From positions 800,001 to 864,000 of the forward strand of contig CAVTJJ010000003.1 of the NCBI GenBank assembly GCA_963735035.1: DNA of 64,000 bases. The letters run 5' to 3'. Numbering within the stretch: the first letter of the stretch is position 1; each line of letters begins with the position of its first letter. The DNA is from an uncultured candidate division Zixibacteria bacterium (GTDB taxonomy: Bacteria; Zixibacteria; MSB-5A5; GN15; FEB-12). Below the pieces are notes generated by a model, which was not told where the DNA came from, made no database searches, and saw nothing but the letters and a program-made list of their open reading frames with translations. Below are positions 21,710 through 32,116 of this stretch, in pieces. A program made the translations under genes and the position numbers.

Positions 21710-22210
21710 TCAATTCCCAGTATAGGTGACAGTCAACACGATAAGCTGAGTATAGGCGCCGTTAACCTGGTTTAGTCGAGGCACCACCGTGCCGCCGAGC
21801 CAGACGGTCATACCGTTCAATCCAAATCGGTAGGTGATAGTATGCCAGGGATTGAGGTCGTCATATCCCGGATTGCTCTGATCAGGCGTGGCCGAAGAGT
21901 CTAAGGCGCAGTCGGTCTGCTTGAAGATGAGCGGCATATTGAAGCCGGACTGGTTCATGTAAGTAGGCAGGGTAAAATCCAGCGTAACCTCGAACCCGGC
22001 TGTCCCCGTCACTTGAAATTCTGCGGCCGCGCCGGCATTGGCCTTATCGATGGTCTTGGGGATTCCCGGGAATACTTCGCCGAACACCAGATTATTGTTC
22101 ACCGTGATGCTTTGGGCTGAGACACCCGGCACTGACACTAATAGCAGGAGCAGCGTCGATGCGACGCCCCACAATAATCTTCCTGCTTGATGTGATCTGA
22201 GCGACATCAT
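21710..22210 (-). CDS. DUF4402-like pilin subunit lacking the N-terminal extension
   Basis: Mature QSITVNNNLVFG, VWLGGTVVP, GAYTQLIVLTVTYTGN. Confidence 0.8.
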   Translation of the reverse strand: MMSLRSHQAGRLLWGVASTLLLLLVSVPGVSAQSITVNNNLVFGEVFPGIPKTIDKANAGAAAEFQVTGTAGFEVTLDFTLPTYMNQSGFNMPLIFKQTDCALDSSATPDQSNPGYDDLNPWHTITYRFGLNGMTVWLGGTVVPRLNQVNGAYTQLIVLTVTYTGN

Positions 22211-22283
22211 CAGCTAACCTAGACCGCCCCGAGCGGCAGGTCAATACTTAACTACGATCCGAGCTTGATCGGGGATTAGTTAG

Positions 22284-22706
22284 TCAATTATTGGTGAAGA
22301 TCAACGTCAGGGTCAGGGCGGTGGAATCCCCTTCGCAGGCGCGGGTAGTCTCACACAAATCCACCAGCGAGACCTGCGGATATATCTGCAATACATCCGG
22401 CTCGACCCGGACAATTTCAGATACCGAAGACGGGTTGTTGTCCTTGTCTGCTAGTGTCGGGTGCGACATCTGAATCAGAACGCCCTCCGCCCGAGGATAG
22501 TAAAGCCAATAGAGGTGACTTCCCGGGGTGATGTCGTCGTTGCGCGTTCCCCGTTCCACTACCGCATCAACCATTCCCAAGGATGCTTCGACATGGGCCA
22601 CAGCCTGAATTGAAGCCGACTTCTCGGCAGAGACCGAACCGGCCAAGCACAGGTTCGCGACGGCGATAACCAGTAATAGAAGAGAACGCTGTTTTCGATT
22701 CGACAT
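22284..22706 (-). CDS. Divergent short secreted pilin-like protein
   Basis: Signal peptide, EKSASIQAVAHV N-terminus and LTLTLIFTNN C-terminus match the paralogues; the core differs. Confidence 0.6.
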   Translation of the reverse strand: MSNRKQRSLLLLVIAVANLCLAGSVSAEKSASIQAVAHVEASLGMVDAVVERGTRNDDITPGSHLYWLYYPRAEGVLIQMSHPTLADKDNNPSSVSEIVRVEPDVLQIYPQVSLVDLCETTRACEGDSTALTLTLIFTNN

Positions 22707-22905
22707 CTTCGTTCGGGTCAGAGTAATATCTACCTGAACAAGATAACAGCAATCCTCAGGATGTCAAGGCCGTAATCGCGTAACTATTTATAACACAGAT
22801 GATTAGACTATCAGCCGGCTTGAATTCCCAGATAGAAATAGAAAGCCGATCCACCCGAAAAATTCGAGGGACCTGCCTGATGAGATCGTCGTCAGTCGGT
22901 GGACG

Positions 22906-23439
22906 TCAGTTGCCCGTATATGCGACGCTCAAGACCACGTCTTCAGCGTAGTCACCGCCTGTCTGCGAGATTCGGGGCTGAACCATGCCACCGATCCAGA
23001 CCGACATTTGGCCGCCCGCTCCCAGACGTTCGGTGCCGAGACCGTTGGGATTGAGCACCCCGCTCGGCGCGAGCTGGCCACCGCCGGAGCCGTCGTCGAA
23101 TGACGCATCGATGTTGGAAAAATTGATCGGCAGGCCGTTGGTGCTGTCGCTAACTAGCAGCAATGAATCCGGCAGATCAAAATCGAGCGTAATCTCAGCG
23201 CCGACCGCACCCGTGATTTCCCATTCACCGGCAAAACCAGGTTCGGACTTGTCCACCAACTTGCTGATGCCGGGCGTTACGGTCCCGAACTGTAAGTTGT
23301 TGTTACCGGTGATCGAGAGACTCGACACCACTGTCGCAAGCGCCTGAATGGTAGCGCTTTCCTGAGCCTGGATCGCGGCTGGTCCGGTCAGCCCAAGCAG
23401 GCCGCCCATAACCAGAATCAATACCCTTTTGCGAAACAT
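22906..23439 (-). CDS. DUF4402-like pilin subunit
   Basis: QESATIQALATV, LQFG, VWIGGMVQP, GDYAEDVVLSVAYTGN. Confidence 0.8.
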   Translation of the reverse strand: MFRKRVLILVMGGLLGLTGPAAIQAQESATIQALATVVSSLSITGNNNLQFGTVTPGISKLVDKSEPGFAGEWEITGAVGAEITLDFDLPDSLLLVSDSTNGLPINFSNIDASFDDGSGGGQLAPSGVLNPNGLGTERLGAGGQMSVWIGGMVQPRISQTGGDYAEDVVLSVAYTGN

Positions 23440-23759
23440 ATATATCCCTCTGAATTAGGGTCCTTCCTTCAACTGAAACAGTCCCAATGCAACTGGTCTG
23501 CCGGGCGAAAGACGCTGGTTAATTCATTGTGGGAGTTCAGATTAGGCTGATATGCCGAGAAGGGAAACTCTCCTCCAATGGGGGCGAAAGGCCATAGGTC
23601 GGGTGAGAGTCCGAAACACCTGGATTCTCTGGCGAGAACCGGGGGAATCGAGGTGCGATGGGTTTGGGGAGGTTAAGAACCGTAAATCGGGTGCCGACAA
23701 TTATGGAAAGAAGGGATGTGCAACAATTGCACACCCGGCGCCAAATTGGACTTTAGGCG

Positions 23760-25251
23760 ATGAATAGATCAAGACTTGTCGGTCTTTCAATTCCGGCGTC
23801 ACTGACGGCGGTTATTCTGATGCTGGGCCATCCGGCCACAGCACAGGATGTCGTCTGGTCAGAATACTACGGCGGAGAATATGCCGAGGAAGGGAACGCG
23901 GGGGTCCGTACTTACGACGGCGGCTACGCCGTGCTCGGATCGACTTACTCCTACGGCGCCGGCGATCACGACATCTACCTGCTTCGACTCGACTCTCTGG
24001 GCGATACCCTCTGGAGCCGGACTTACGGTGGTCCGGCCACCGAATACGGCTATGATATCAGACAGTTAAGCGACGCCGGGTTTATCGTGGTTGGATCTAC
24101 CCGATCATGGGGCGCGGGTGACGCTGATGTTTATCTGCTTCGATTGAATTTCATGGGCGGCGTGGTCTGGTCACGCACTTACGGCGGCGCCGGCAAAGAT
24201 GTCGGCCGCTCGGTTCAGGCGGTAACAGGCGGATTCATCATAGGCGGCGGAACCAGTTCCTTCGGCGCCGGATATGAAGATTTCTACCTGATCAAGACCA
24301 ACGAAAACGGCGATACCGTTTGGACCAGAGCCTACGGCGGTGCGGGTGGTGAATCAGCTTTCGGAGTGCATGAAACTCCCGACGGCGGTTATGTTCTCTG
24401 TGGCGCGACGGGGAGTTTCGGGGTCGGATACAGCAGCATGTATGTGGTCAAGACCAATTTCTATGGCGACACCCTCTGGACTAATACTTACGGTGGCAGT
24501 CGCGCCGACATGGGTTACGGTATTGATGTCGCCCTCGACGGCGGCCTCATCATGGTGGGGGCCACGGCTTCGTTCGGGGCCGGAGAATACGACGTTTACC
24601 TGGTGAAGACCGATCCCTACGGCGGTTTCGAATGGGATAAGACTTACGGCGGTCCACGAGCTGACCAGGGCTTTTCTGTACGACCGGTCGCCGACGGCGG
24701 TTATCTGATTGCCGGCACAACGGCCTCGTATGGCAAGGGACAATTCGACGGTTGGGCGCTTCGGACCGATCCAATCGGCACGGTTGTGTGGCAACGAACT
24801 TACGGCGGCGCGGCGTCGGACTACTTCTATTCTTCAGCCACCGACAACGGCGCCTGGGTACTGATTGGCCACACTTACTCGTACGGGTCGGGGGCTTCGG
24901 ACGTATTTATCAACAAGATCACCGCCGATGGGGCCACGTCGGTTGAAGACGATCCGACCTCAGTTCTCCCAGAAGAATTCACTCTGGAACAGAACTACCC
25001 CAATCCGTTCAATTCGAGTACGACAATCGCGTTCACTTTGCCGCAACGCGCCGATATCACCCTGACCGTTTACAACATTCTCGGACAATCCGTTCGGTCA
25101 TGGGCTCTCGGAATCCGGTCAGCCGGGCGAACATTATGTCGACTGGAACGGAATCGATGAGACCGGCCACGAAGTCGCATCCGGCATCTACCTCTACTCG
25201 CTGCGCGCCGGTACACAACGCCTGACGAAGAAGATGGTGCTGCTGAAGTAG
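23760..25251 (+). CDS. Secreted beta-propeller repeat protein with C-terminal FlgD-Ig/'secretion tail' domain (frameshift near 25130)
   Basis: About seven W.R/KTYGG...DGG..G.T.S.GAG..D.YL repeats; LEQNYPNPFN; reconstructed end VASGIYLY...KKMVLLK. Confidence 0.85.
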
Positions 25252-25320
25252 ACAGTTCCCCCAAGAAGAATCCGTGTGCTCCTTCCAATAAGTCAGACTG
25301 AGCTGATCAAAGTGTGACTT

Positions 25321-26304
25321 CTACAAACAATCCTTCAACATCAAGTTTTGCGGGCCGGTGATGAAGAGGTAATCGATCAGGGACGAGATGTCTCCGATAG
25401 TGATATCATCACAGGTTGGGTTGGCGCCGCCGGATTGGTTGATGTCCGCTTCGGCCGCACAGGGGATCAAATTGTCACATGAATATGAGATGAACTTTGC
25501 GTCGATCATCACGCTGATGTCTCCTATTGTCGGCTCGTCACCGTCAACCCCATTAGCATCACCCACGCGTCCGACACAGCACTTCTTCGTCCACCGGGCC
25601 ATGAGGGCTGCGACTTTGCTGCCGGATCTCGTGAATGTACCTCCAACGATTAGGCCGTCGTCAGACGGATAGAAAGTGTACACATTTCCATTTACTCCGG
25701 AGCCGAGTGATGACCAACTGAAGCCGTCCCAGGCGGCTAGGCAGTTTTCCGACGGGTCTCGACTGATTGTGAACGCACCGCCGGCTATTAGTTTCCCTTC
25801 GTATTCTGTCAACGCCCAAATCGTACCTCCCATCTCATCTTCCAGTGGTACCCAGGAGTTGCCGTTCCATTCAGCGGCCCGAGTCTCCGCGGGCTGGTCT
25901 TTGAGCCAAAGGTTCCCCCCCACCACTAGTTTGTCGCCGTAAGAAGTCACGGCGGTCGGCGCTGCCGTGTAATCAAGGCCGGACCCGAAGGCTGACCACG
26001 TAGAACCGTCCCAGGCCGCCACTATGCAAGCATCTGTGTTTCCTGCAACCGCCCTGAAGGTGCCTGCGGCGACGAGTCGGCCGTCGAAGACGGTCAGAGC
26101 CCGGACGCTCCCGTTGGGCCCGGGATCCAAAGGAATCCATCTCTCGCCACTCCATTGCGCCAGGAAGCTTCCGAACCCTCCCGCGCCGTACAATGTGTTA
26201 TCATAGACCGCCAACGCTGAGACGCTGCCTGTGGTCCCTGAGTCCATGTTATGTGTCCCTGTCCTTACCGCCGCTTCCCAGAGGAAAAGCGCTCCGGCCA
26301 ACAA
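25321..26304 (-). CDS. Beta-propeller repeat protein with C-terminal dockerin-like domain; probably N-terminally truncated
   Basis: W(D/N)G..W..LG.G repeats; CCVGRVGDAN...IGDIS / ADINQSGG...IGDISSLIDYLF; no signal peptide. Confidence 0.7.
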   Translation of the reverse strand: MLAGALFLWEAAVRTGTHNMDSGTTGSVSALAVYDNTLYGAGGFGSFLAQWSGERWIPLDPGPNGSVRALTVFDGRLVAAGTFRAVAGNTDACIVAAWDGSTWSAFGSGLDYTAAPTAVTSYGDKLVVGGNLWLKDQPAETRAAEWNGNSWVPLEDEMGGTIWALTEYEGKLIAGGAFTISRDPSENCLAAWDGFSWSSLGSGVNGNVYTFYPSDDGLIVGGTFTRSGSKVAALMARWTKKCCVGRVGDANGVDGDEPTIGDISVMIDAKFISYSCDNLIPCAAEADINQSGGANPTCDDITIGDISSLIDYLFITGPQNLMLKDCL

Positions 26305-26345
26305 ACTACTTGCTTCTCCGACATATCGAGCATTACTAAGCGGTC

Positions 26346-27101
26346 ATGGCAAAATCAGCCCTTGGTTTCGACATCGGTGGGTCATCCATCAAGTTCGCAT
26401 GCACGGACACCGACACCGGCAAGCTTGTGGGAGAAACCTCGTCCGTCCTTCTGCCCAACCCTGCTACACCCGCGGTTCTACTTGATACAATCAAGACCGC
26501 TCTCCATACCCTTCCTTGGACCGGCCCGTTCGGTGTCGGCTACCCCGGCGTGATCCGCCACGGCCGGACGCTTTCGGCGGCCCATCTGGACAAAAGCTTT
26601 ATTGGTCAAGATTGGTTGAGGGATCTTAGAACGCTGTCATCGGCACCGGTTACGCTCATAAACGACGCCGATGCTGCCGGGCTGGCCGAAGTCCGGTTTG
26701 GGGCCGCGCGGAAGTATACCAAACCCGATTCCGGGACGGTCGTCGTGGCCACACTGGGAACCGGTATCGGCACTGCGCTTTTCCACGGCGGGCGGTTGTT
26801 TCCGAACACCGAGTTCGGCCACATGCAGATGGGCGAACGCGAAGCCGAACAGTGGGCGGCCGGGGCGGTGCGGGTCCGTGAACAACTCGACTGGCCGGAG
26901 TACGGACGACGGGTCGATCTCTTCCTGCAAGAAATGGAGCGCCTGCTCTCCCCTGATTTGATCGTCCTGGGCGGGGGCGTCAGCGAAAATTTCGCCTCAT
27001 TCAGGCCATATCTGACGGTCGCATGTGATGTTCTTCCGGCAACCCTGGGCAACAACGCGGGCCTGATTGGGGCGGCCCTGGCGACCACACTGCACTTGTA
27101 G
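26346..27101 (+). CDS. ppgK: ROK family, polyphosphate glucokinase-like
   Basis: GFDIGGSSIK, INDADAAGLAE, TLGTGIGTA, PNTEFGH, PDLIVLGGGVS, NNAGLIGAA. Confidence 0.85.
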   Translation: MAKSALGFDIGGSSIKFACTDTDTGKLVGETSSVLLPNPATPAVLLDTIKTALHTLPWTGPFGVGYPGVIRHGRTLSAAHLDKSFIGQDWLRDLRTLSSAPVTLINDADAAGLAEVRFGAARKYTKPDSGTVVVATLGTGIGTALFHGGRLFPNTEFGHMQMGEREAEQWAAGAVRVREQLDWPEYGRRVDLFLQEMERLLSPDLIVLGGGVSENFASFRPYLTVACDVLPATLGNNAGLIGAALATTLHL

Positions 27102-27337
27102 GGCAGAACCCCCGAAAACCGACCACAACTCTCACCAAAGGTTGCGGCAGGTCCCTGCGCCCCGCCCGGCGGGGCGTGTGACCTGCCGCGTTGAATCCGT
27201 TTGGCGAATCCCAAGACTTGCGTAGGGCAGAACCCTCGCCCGCCCTGCGGACGAGTGGTTCTGCCAAACTTGCGTCCGAGTCTAAAGAGACGTGGCAGAA
27301 CCGCTCCGACCGAAGCGGTCGGAGGGTTCTGCCCTAC
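27098..27337. repeat. Cluster of GTAGGGCAGAACC-type REPs (doublet 27222-27337; related doublet 38227-38336)
   Basis: gtagggcagaacc ... ggttctgccctac termini. Confidence 0.8.
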
Positions 27338-27432
27338 GGGAAACAGGGTCTGACACTTCATCCAGTTGCCTTGATCCATTGCTTGTTGTACCTTTCTCCA
27401 GCGATGAAACCAAGGCGCAAAGGAGGCCTGAA

Positions 27433-28758
27433 TTGTTCAGAAAACCTGTTCTCTTGATAGCCGCGGTACTGCTTTTCCTAGCAGGGTCGGCCATGGCGGA
27501 ATTCCGGGTTGACGTTAAGGAATTCAAGCTGGATAACGGCCTGACCATTCTGATGATGGAGAATCATACCGCACCGGTCATCACGTACTACACCTATTAC
27601 AGAGTCGGCGCGCGCAACGAACGGCGCGACAACTCGGGCATCAGCCATTTCTTCGAACACATGATGTTCAACGGGGCAAAGAAATACGGCCCGGCGATGT
27701 TCGATCAGGCGCTGGAGTCCAAGGGCGGAAACAACAACGCCTGGACCAGCAAGAACATCACCGCGTACTACGAGGATTTCCCCACTGAGGCGCTCGACCT
27801 GGTGCTCGACCTCGAGTCCGACCGTATGGCCAATCTCGCCCTGGTGGAAGAAAAAGTGAAGTCCGAGGCGGGTGTGGTCAGCGAAGAACGACTGGTCGGT
27901 ATCGACAACGACAACGAAGGGATCATGTGGGAAGAGCTCGAAGCGACCGCCTACATGGCCCACGCCTACGAAGGTCCGGTGCTCGGCTGGATGGAATCGA
28001 TCAAGCATTTCAACCGCGCCGACTGTGTGGAATATTTCAAGACTTTCTACGCCCCCAACAACGCCGTAGTGGCGATCGTGGGTGATATCAATCCCGAGCA
28101 GACCTTGGCTAAGATGAAGCAGTATCTAGGCGGCCTGCCGAGCGGCCCCCCACCGCCCGTGGTTCCCCGTTACGAACCGGAACAGCGCGGCGCCAAGCGG
28201 GTTTTCCTGGAGCGCGAGGCCGAACATGATCACCTCATGCGCGGCTATCATATCGGCGACAAAGACAGCCCGGATTTGTTCACGCTGGAAGTGATCCAGT
28301 TCATACTCACGTCCGGCGAATCCTCACGCATGCATCAGACGCTGGTGAACGATCTCCAACTGGCCCTCTACCAGTACGGCGGTTTCGAATGGGGTTTCGA
28401 TCCGGATCTATTCTATTTCTATGTCGCCGTGGCCCCCGGCAAGAACTATGACGCAGCCGAAAAGGCGTTTGATTCGGTGCTGACCGATTTGACCGTCAAC
28501 GGCCCCACCCCGGCCGAATTGCAGAAAGCCCAGAACAGCCTGACTGCCGGCTTCTACCAGAACTACAAGACCAACAACGGCACGGCCGGACAACTGGCCC
28601 GGTACAAAACGCTCTATGGTGACGTCAACGCGATGTACCAGTATGTGCCTGGTGTGAAGGCAGTCACCGCGCAGCAAGTGAAGGATGTAATGGCGAAATA
28701 TTTCAAGCCCAAGAATTCCACCACCGTGGTGCTGGTTCCGGAAGGAGGTAAGTCATGA
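27433..28758 (+). CDS. M16 zinc peptidase, catalytic subunit
   Basis: AGGAGG RBS then TTG, signal peptide, HFFEH (HxxEH), NAWTS. Confidence 0.92.
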   Translation: MFRKPVLLIAAVLLFLAGSAMAEFRVDVKEFKLDNGLTILMMENHTAPVITYYTYYRVGARNERRDNSGISHFFEHMMFNGAKKYGPAMFDQALESKGGNNNAWTSKNITAYYEDFPTEALDLVLDLESDRMANLALVEEKVKSEAGVVSEERLVGIDNDNEGIMWEELEATAYMAHAYEGPVLGWMESIKHFNRADCVEYFKTFYAPNNAVVAIVGDINPEQTLAKMKQYLGGLPSGPPPPVVPRYEPEQRGAKRVFLEREAEHDHLMRGYHIGDKDSPDLFTLEVIQFILTSGESSRMHQTLVNDLQLALYQYGGFEWGFDPDLFYFYVAVAPGKNYDAAEKAFDSVLTDLTVNGPTPAELQKAQNSLTAGFYQNYKTNNGTAGQLARYKTLYGDVNAMYQYVPGVKAVTAQQVKDVMAKYFKPKNSTTVVLVPEGGKS

Positions 28759-30126
28759 AGAAACTACTCCTGACCCTCGCTCTGTGTGCTCTGACCGCAA
28801 CGGATGTCACAGCCAAGATTACACTGCCGAAAGCGGCCGAGTTCAAGCTATCGAACGGCCTGACTGTAAACGTGATCGAGCGCCATCAATTGCCTCTCTT
28901 CTCGGTGTCGCTGACCTGCCGCGCCGGATCGATCTATGATCCAGTCGGCCAGGAAGGTCTGGCGTCACTCTCCAGCGACATGCTCATGCGGGGCACGAAG
29001 ACCCGTACGGCGAAGCAGATCGCCGATGAAATCGCGTTCGGCGGCGGCACGCTGGGCAACTCATGCGGTTTCAGTTCCGCCGGATTCAATGGCGAGTTTC
29101 TGACCGAGAACGGCGAAAAGGGTTTCCAGATTCTCGCCGATCTGCTCCTCAATTCGACCTTCACTCCCGAAGAATTCGAGAAGACCAAGACCCTCGACCT
29201 GGGCGGCCTTCAGGGACGCCGTGAGGACCCACGCAACGTCGCCGGTGACGCGATCTGGGAAGCCGTTCTGGGCAGCAGCCGGTACGCTCATTTCAGCGGC
29301 GGTATTCCCGCGCAGGTTCAGGGATTGACGCGGGACAATGTCGTTCAGTTCGTCAAGGAACATTACACGCCGGACAATTGTGTTCTCGTGGTTTGTGGCG
29401 ATATCACAACCAAAGCTGTCCGCGGCTGGGTGGACAAGTATTTCGGTCCGTGGAAGGGGAAAGCTGTTCAGGCTCAGGCCGAACAAACTTTCGCCCCGAT
29501 AACAGGACGCGAAGTCATCATCTTCGACAAACCGGATGCCTCTCAGACTCAAATTCGAATCGGCGGTAACGGCATTCCGCTCAATCATACCGACTATCCC
29601 GCCCTCGAAGTGGCTCGCACAGTCTACGGCGGCTCGTTTGCGTCGCGTCTGGGCGACGAGATCCGGGTCAAGCGTGGCCTCACCTACGGCGTGAGTTATC
29701 GCAGTTCCAGTTTCAAGCCGGGCGGAGTGGCGTTTGTAACGACGTTCACCAAGAATGCGACGGTCGGCCAGGTGGTGGACTTAATTCTATCCGAGGCCTA
29801 TCGGATGCAGACCGAACCACTGCCCGATTCGGAGTTGGCCGACGGCGCCGCGTTCCGGTGTGGCACTTACCCGCTCAACTATGAAACGAACGATGACCTC
29901 GCCGACGTGTTCGCCAATATGTGGCTGAACGGTCTGGACCGGTCGTATTTCGAGGATTATCAGGAACGACTGAAAGCGGTCACATCGGCGCAGGCGATGG
30001 ACGCTGCCAAGAAGTATTTCTCGAAGGACAATTATCGATCTGGTGCTGGTAGGCAAAGCGGACGAGGTCAAACCGCAGGTCGAGAAATTCGGCCCGGTGA
30101 CGGTGAAGCCGTTCTCACAGGAGTGA
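28755..30126 (+). CDS. M16 peptidase, non-catalytic partner subunit (frameshift near 30040)
   Basis: LSNGL, no HxxEH, SRL..EIRVKRGLTY; reconstructed end RLVLVGKADEVKPQVEKFGPV...QE. Confidence 0.88.
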
Positions 30127-30384
30127 CGTGTGTGATCTCGGGTGGCCCATCCGCTTGCGGGTGGGATTACACGTGCCCGGCAGATGTCCACATCTGCCGG
30201 CTTTCATCAGGAGAAATGTAGGTCGGGTTCACGAGTCGTTTGCAGAGCGAACGACGAGCAACCCGACATCGTTCGCTGAAATCTGAACCCAGCGCAGCGC
30301 TCGGGCGGCAGGCAAGGGGATGTTGAAACGTGACCTCAAATAGTACTCATTTGGACTGCATTAAGGTTATGGAGAGCACGGAGA

Positions 30385-30978
30385 ATGAAACGATGGCTGT
30401 ATTTTGCTGCTGCAACCGGTGTGTGTGGCTTATTGTCAACCGCCGTAGTGGTCATCTACCTCTACTGTGACTTTGGACTCGATACGCGTTCCGTAGCACC
30501 TGCACAACGCTTAATCTGTCCTGGTCAACATATCGTTGAACTTCCTGATACGGGGTTACATTACGTCTATTTCGAGAACGTAGTCAGTTACGACTCGGTT
30601 ACATACGCTATGGATAGCTTGCCGTGCAGTACTTCGGTGACGGTGAAGAACGGGGCCGTAGGACGGGTTGGGCCAATCAGACCAGCAGAGTCGACGGTTA
30701 GATACAGTTGGCCAGAACGCGCAGGGCTTTCCCTAGTTGAGTTTGATGTACTTAATCCTGGTGACTTGTTGATAGACGTTTCGTTCGACACGCAGATGAG
30801 CCATGGCCCCCTTGTCTTTGCGGTTGGATCTGCATCATCGATGGTTTCGATGATAAAGCGTGGAGTGACACTATTCTGGGTAAGCTTTCTTTTGCTCTAT
30901 TCGGCTGCAATAGTCTTATGGAAACGGAGAGTTCGCCGAAATCTGACCCCACCGCAAGCGGTGGGGCACCCGGCATGA
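30385..30978 (+). CDS. Hypothetical membrane protein (two TM segments)
   Basis: 197 aa, GGAG RBS, hydrophobic N- and C-terminal segments, AT-richer DNA. Confidence 0.65.
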   Translation: MKRWLYFAAATGVCGLLSTAVVVIYLYCDFGLDTRSVAPAQRLICPGQHIVELPDTGLHYVYFENVVSYDSVTYAMDSLPCSTSVTVKNGAVGRVGPIRPAESTVRYSWPERAGLSLVEFDVLNPGDLLIDVSFDTQMSHGPLVFAVGSASSMVSMIKRGVTLFWVSFLLLYSAAIVLWKRRVRRNLTPPQAVGHPA

Positions 30979-30990
30979 GGAGCCTTCAAC

Positions 30991-31320
30991 ATGAAAATGA
31001 CCGACTGCCCCTTCACACCGATCGACTGGAGCAAGGTCGAACCTGAGTTGCACAAGGGCGAACAAGGGAACGCCACCTGGCGAACCGAGCATTGCGGACC
31101 TCTGCGCGTACGCGTGGTCGACTACTCCCCCGGATATATCGCCGACCATTGGTGCCACAAGGGTCATGTCTTGTTCGTGATGGAAGGCGAGCTGGTGACG
31201 ACGCTCTCCGATGGGAGGGAATTCGTTCTGCACAAGGGCGAAGGCTATCTGGTCGCCGACGATATCGCTCCGCACAAATCGGCCACGCCAACCGGCGCCA
31301 AATTGTTCATTGTGGATTGA
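30991..31320 (+). CDS. DHCW-motif cupin fold protein
   Basis: YSPGYIADHWCHKGH, GAKLFIVD. Confidence 0.9.
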   Translation: MKMTDCPFTPIDWSKVEPELHKGEQGNATWRTEHCGPLRVRVVDYSPGYIADHWCHKGHVLFVMEGELVTTLSDGREFVLHKGEGYLVADDIAPHKSATPTGAKLFIVD

Positions 31321-31461
31321 ACATAGTGATCGGCAGGCCTCCGGGCCTGCCGTGGAAAGTGCCCGGCAGATGTCCACATCTGCCGGTAATGAGACTCCTG
31401 TAAGTCGGCGTTTCAGAGTCACGAGCCAAGCAAGTGATGACGAAACCCGACAGGCCTCTCG

Positions 31462-31857
31462 TTATGTCTTATTGCCCGACTTGAACCATCTTCCGATTAT
31501 TGATAAGAATTTCAGTGAAAATAAATCTCCGAGGACCTTTCGTGCGAAAGGTGGACGGTAATTGCGGAATGCTTCTTCTATAGCGCTGATTTCCACACGC
31601 TCTTGCGATTCCTCCTTAGGACCTATCCAAAAGCGACTGCTGTCTGCGTAAGGTTCCCACACAATAAATTCCCGACCCTTGTAGACAAATGCGACTTGAA
31701 CATCGTTTGGCGATTCGAATACTTTCTTGGCACGCACACTCCGTACACCGTCAACCGAGAGCAGAATTGACGCCGCAGTCGTTCTGCCAAGATAGGCATT
31801 GTCTATTTCAAACGCGAAGGTTTGTCCTGCTTTGTCACTTATGGGGTACGTATTCAT
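31462..31857 (-). CDS. Hypothetical protein
   Basis: 131 aa, AFEIDNAY and VWEPYADSSRFWIGP look like conserved-type motifs. Confidence 0.7.
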   Translation of the reverse strand: MNTYPISDKAGQTFAFEIDNAYLGRTTAASILLSVDGVRSVRAKKVFESPNDVQVAFVYKGREFIVWEPYADSSRFWIGPKEESQERVEISAIEEAFRNYRPPFARKVLGDLFSLKFLSIIGRWFKSGNKT

Positions 31858-32116
31858 AGTGGCGTCTCACAAGAAAGAACCTGCAATCGAATTCATTGTC
31901 GGGTTGCGCACTCAACAAATCCATGCGCACAATCTGTCCTACTTGTACTTGCGGCAGGGATGGAACCCTGCCGATCATGGTTAACCCAGCGCAAGCGCTG
32001 GGGCACCGGACATTGAACACCCTTCGACAGGCTCAGGGTGACTTAGGGCAAACCACTATCGTCGTACACAGAAGTAATGCTGAGCTTCTCGAAGCATGAG
32101 CTTGTCGAAGCATGAA

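Noticed and set aside
23470..23640. Possible riboswitch between the pilin cluster and the propeller gene
   Set aside because: Some pairing (ctgaa/ttcag, tccca/tggga) and GAAA-like loops, but no aptamer consensus I can recognise
23673..23700. Sigma28-like promoter TTAA-N16-GCCGACAA before the 23760 gene
   Set aside because: Plausible, but it has mismatches and off spacing and no supporting operator, so it is not listed as a feature
24960..25251. Evidence for a type IX secretion system
   Set aside because: The C-terminal tail resembles T9SS/FlgD-Ig domains, but no machinery genes are in the window
30270..32010. Integron cassette array
   Set aside because: Mixed gene orientation, no clear attC RYYYAAC/GTTRRRY pairs, no integrase
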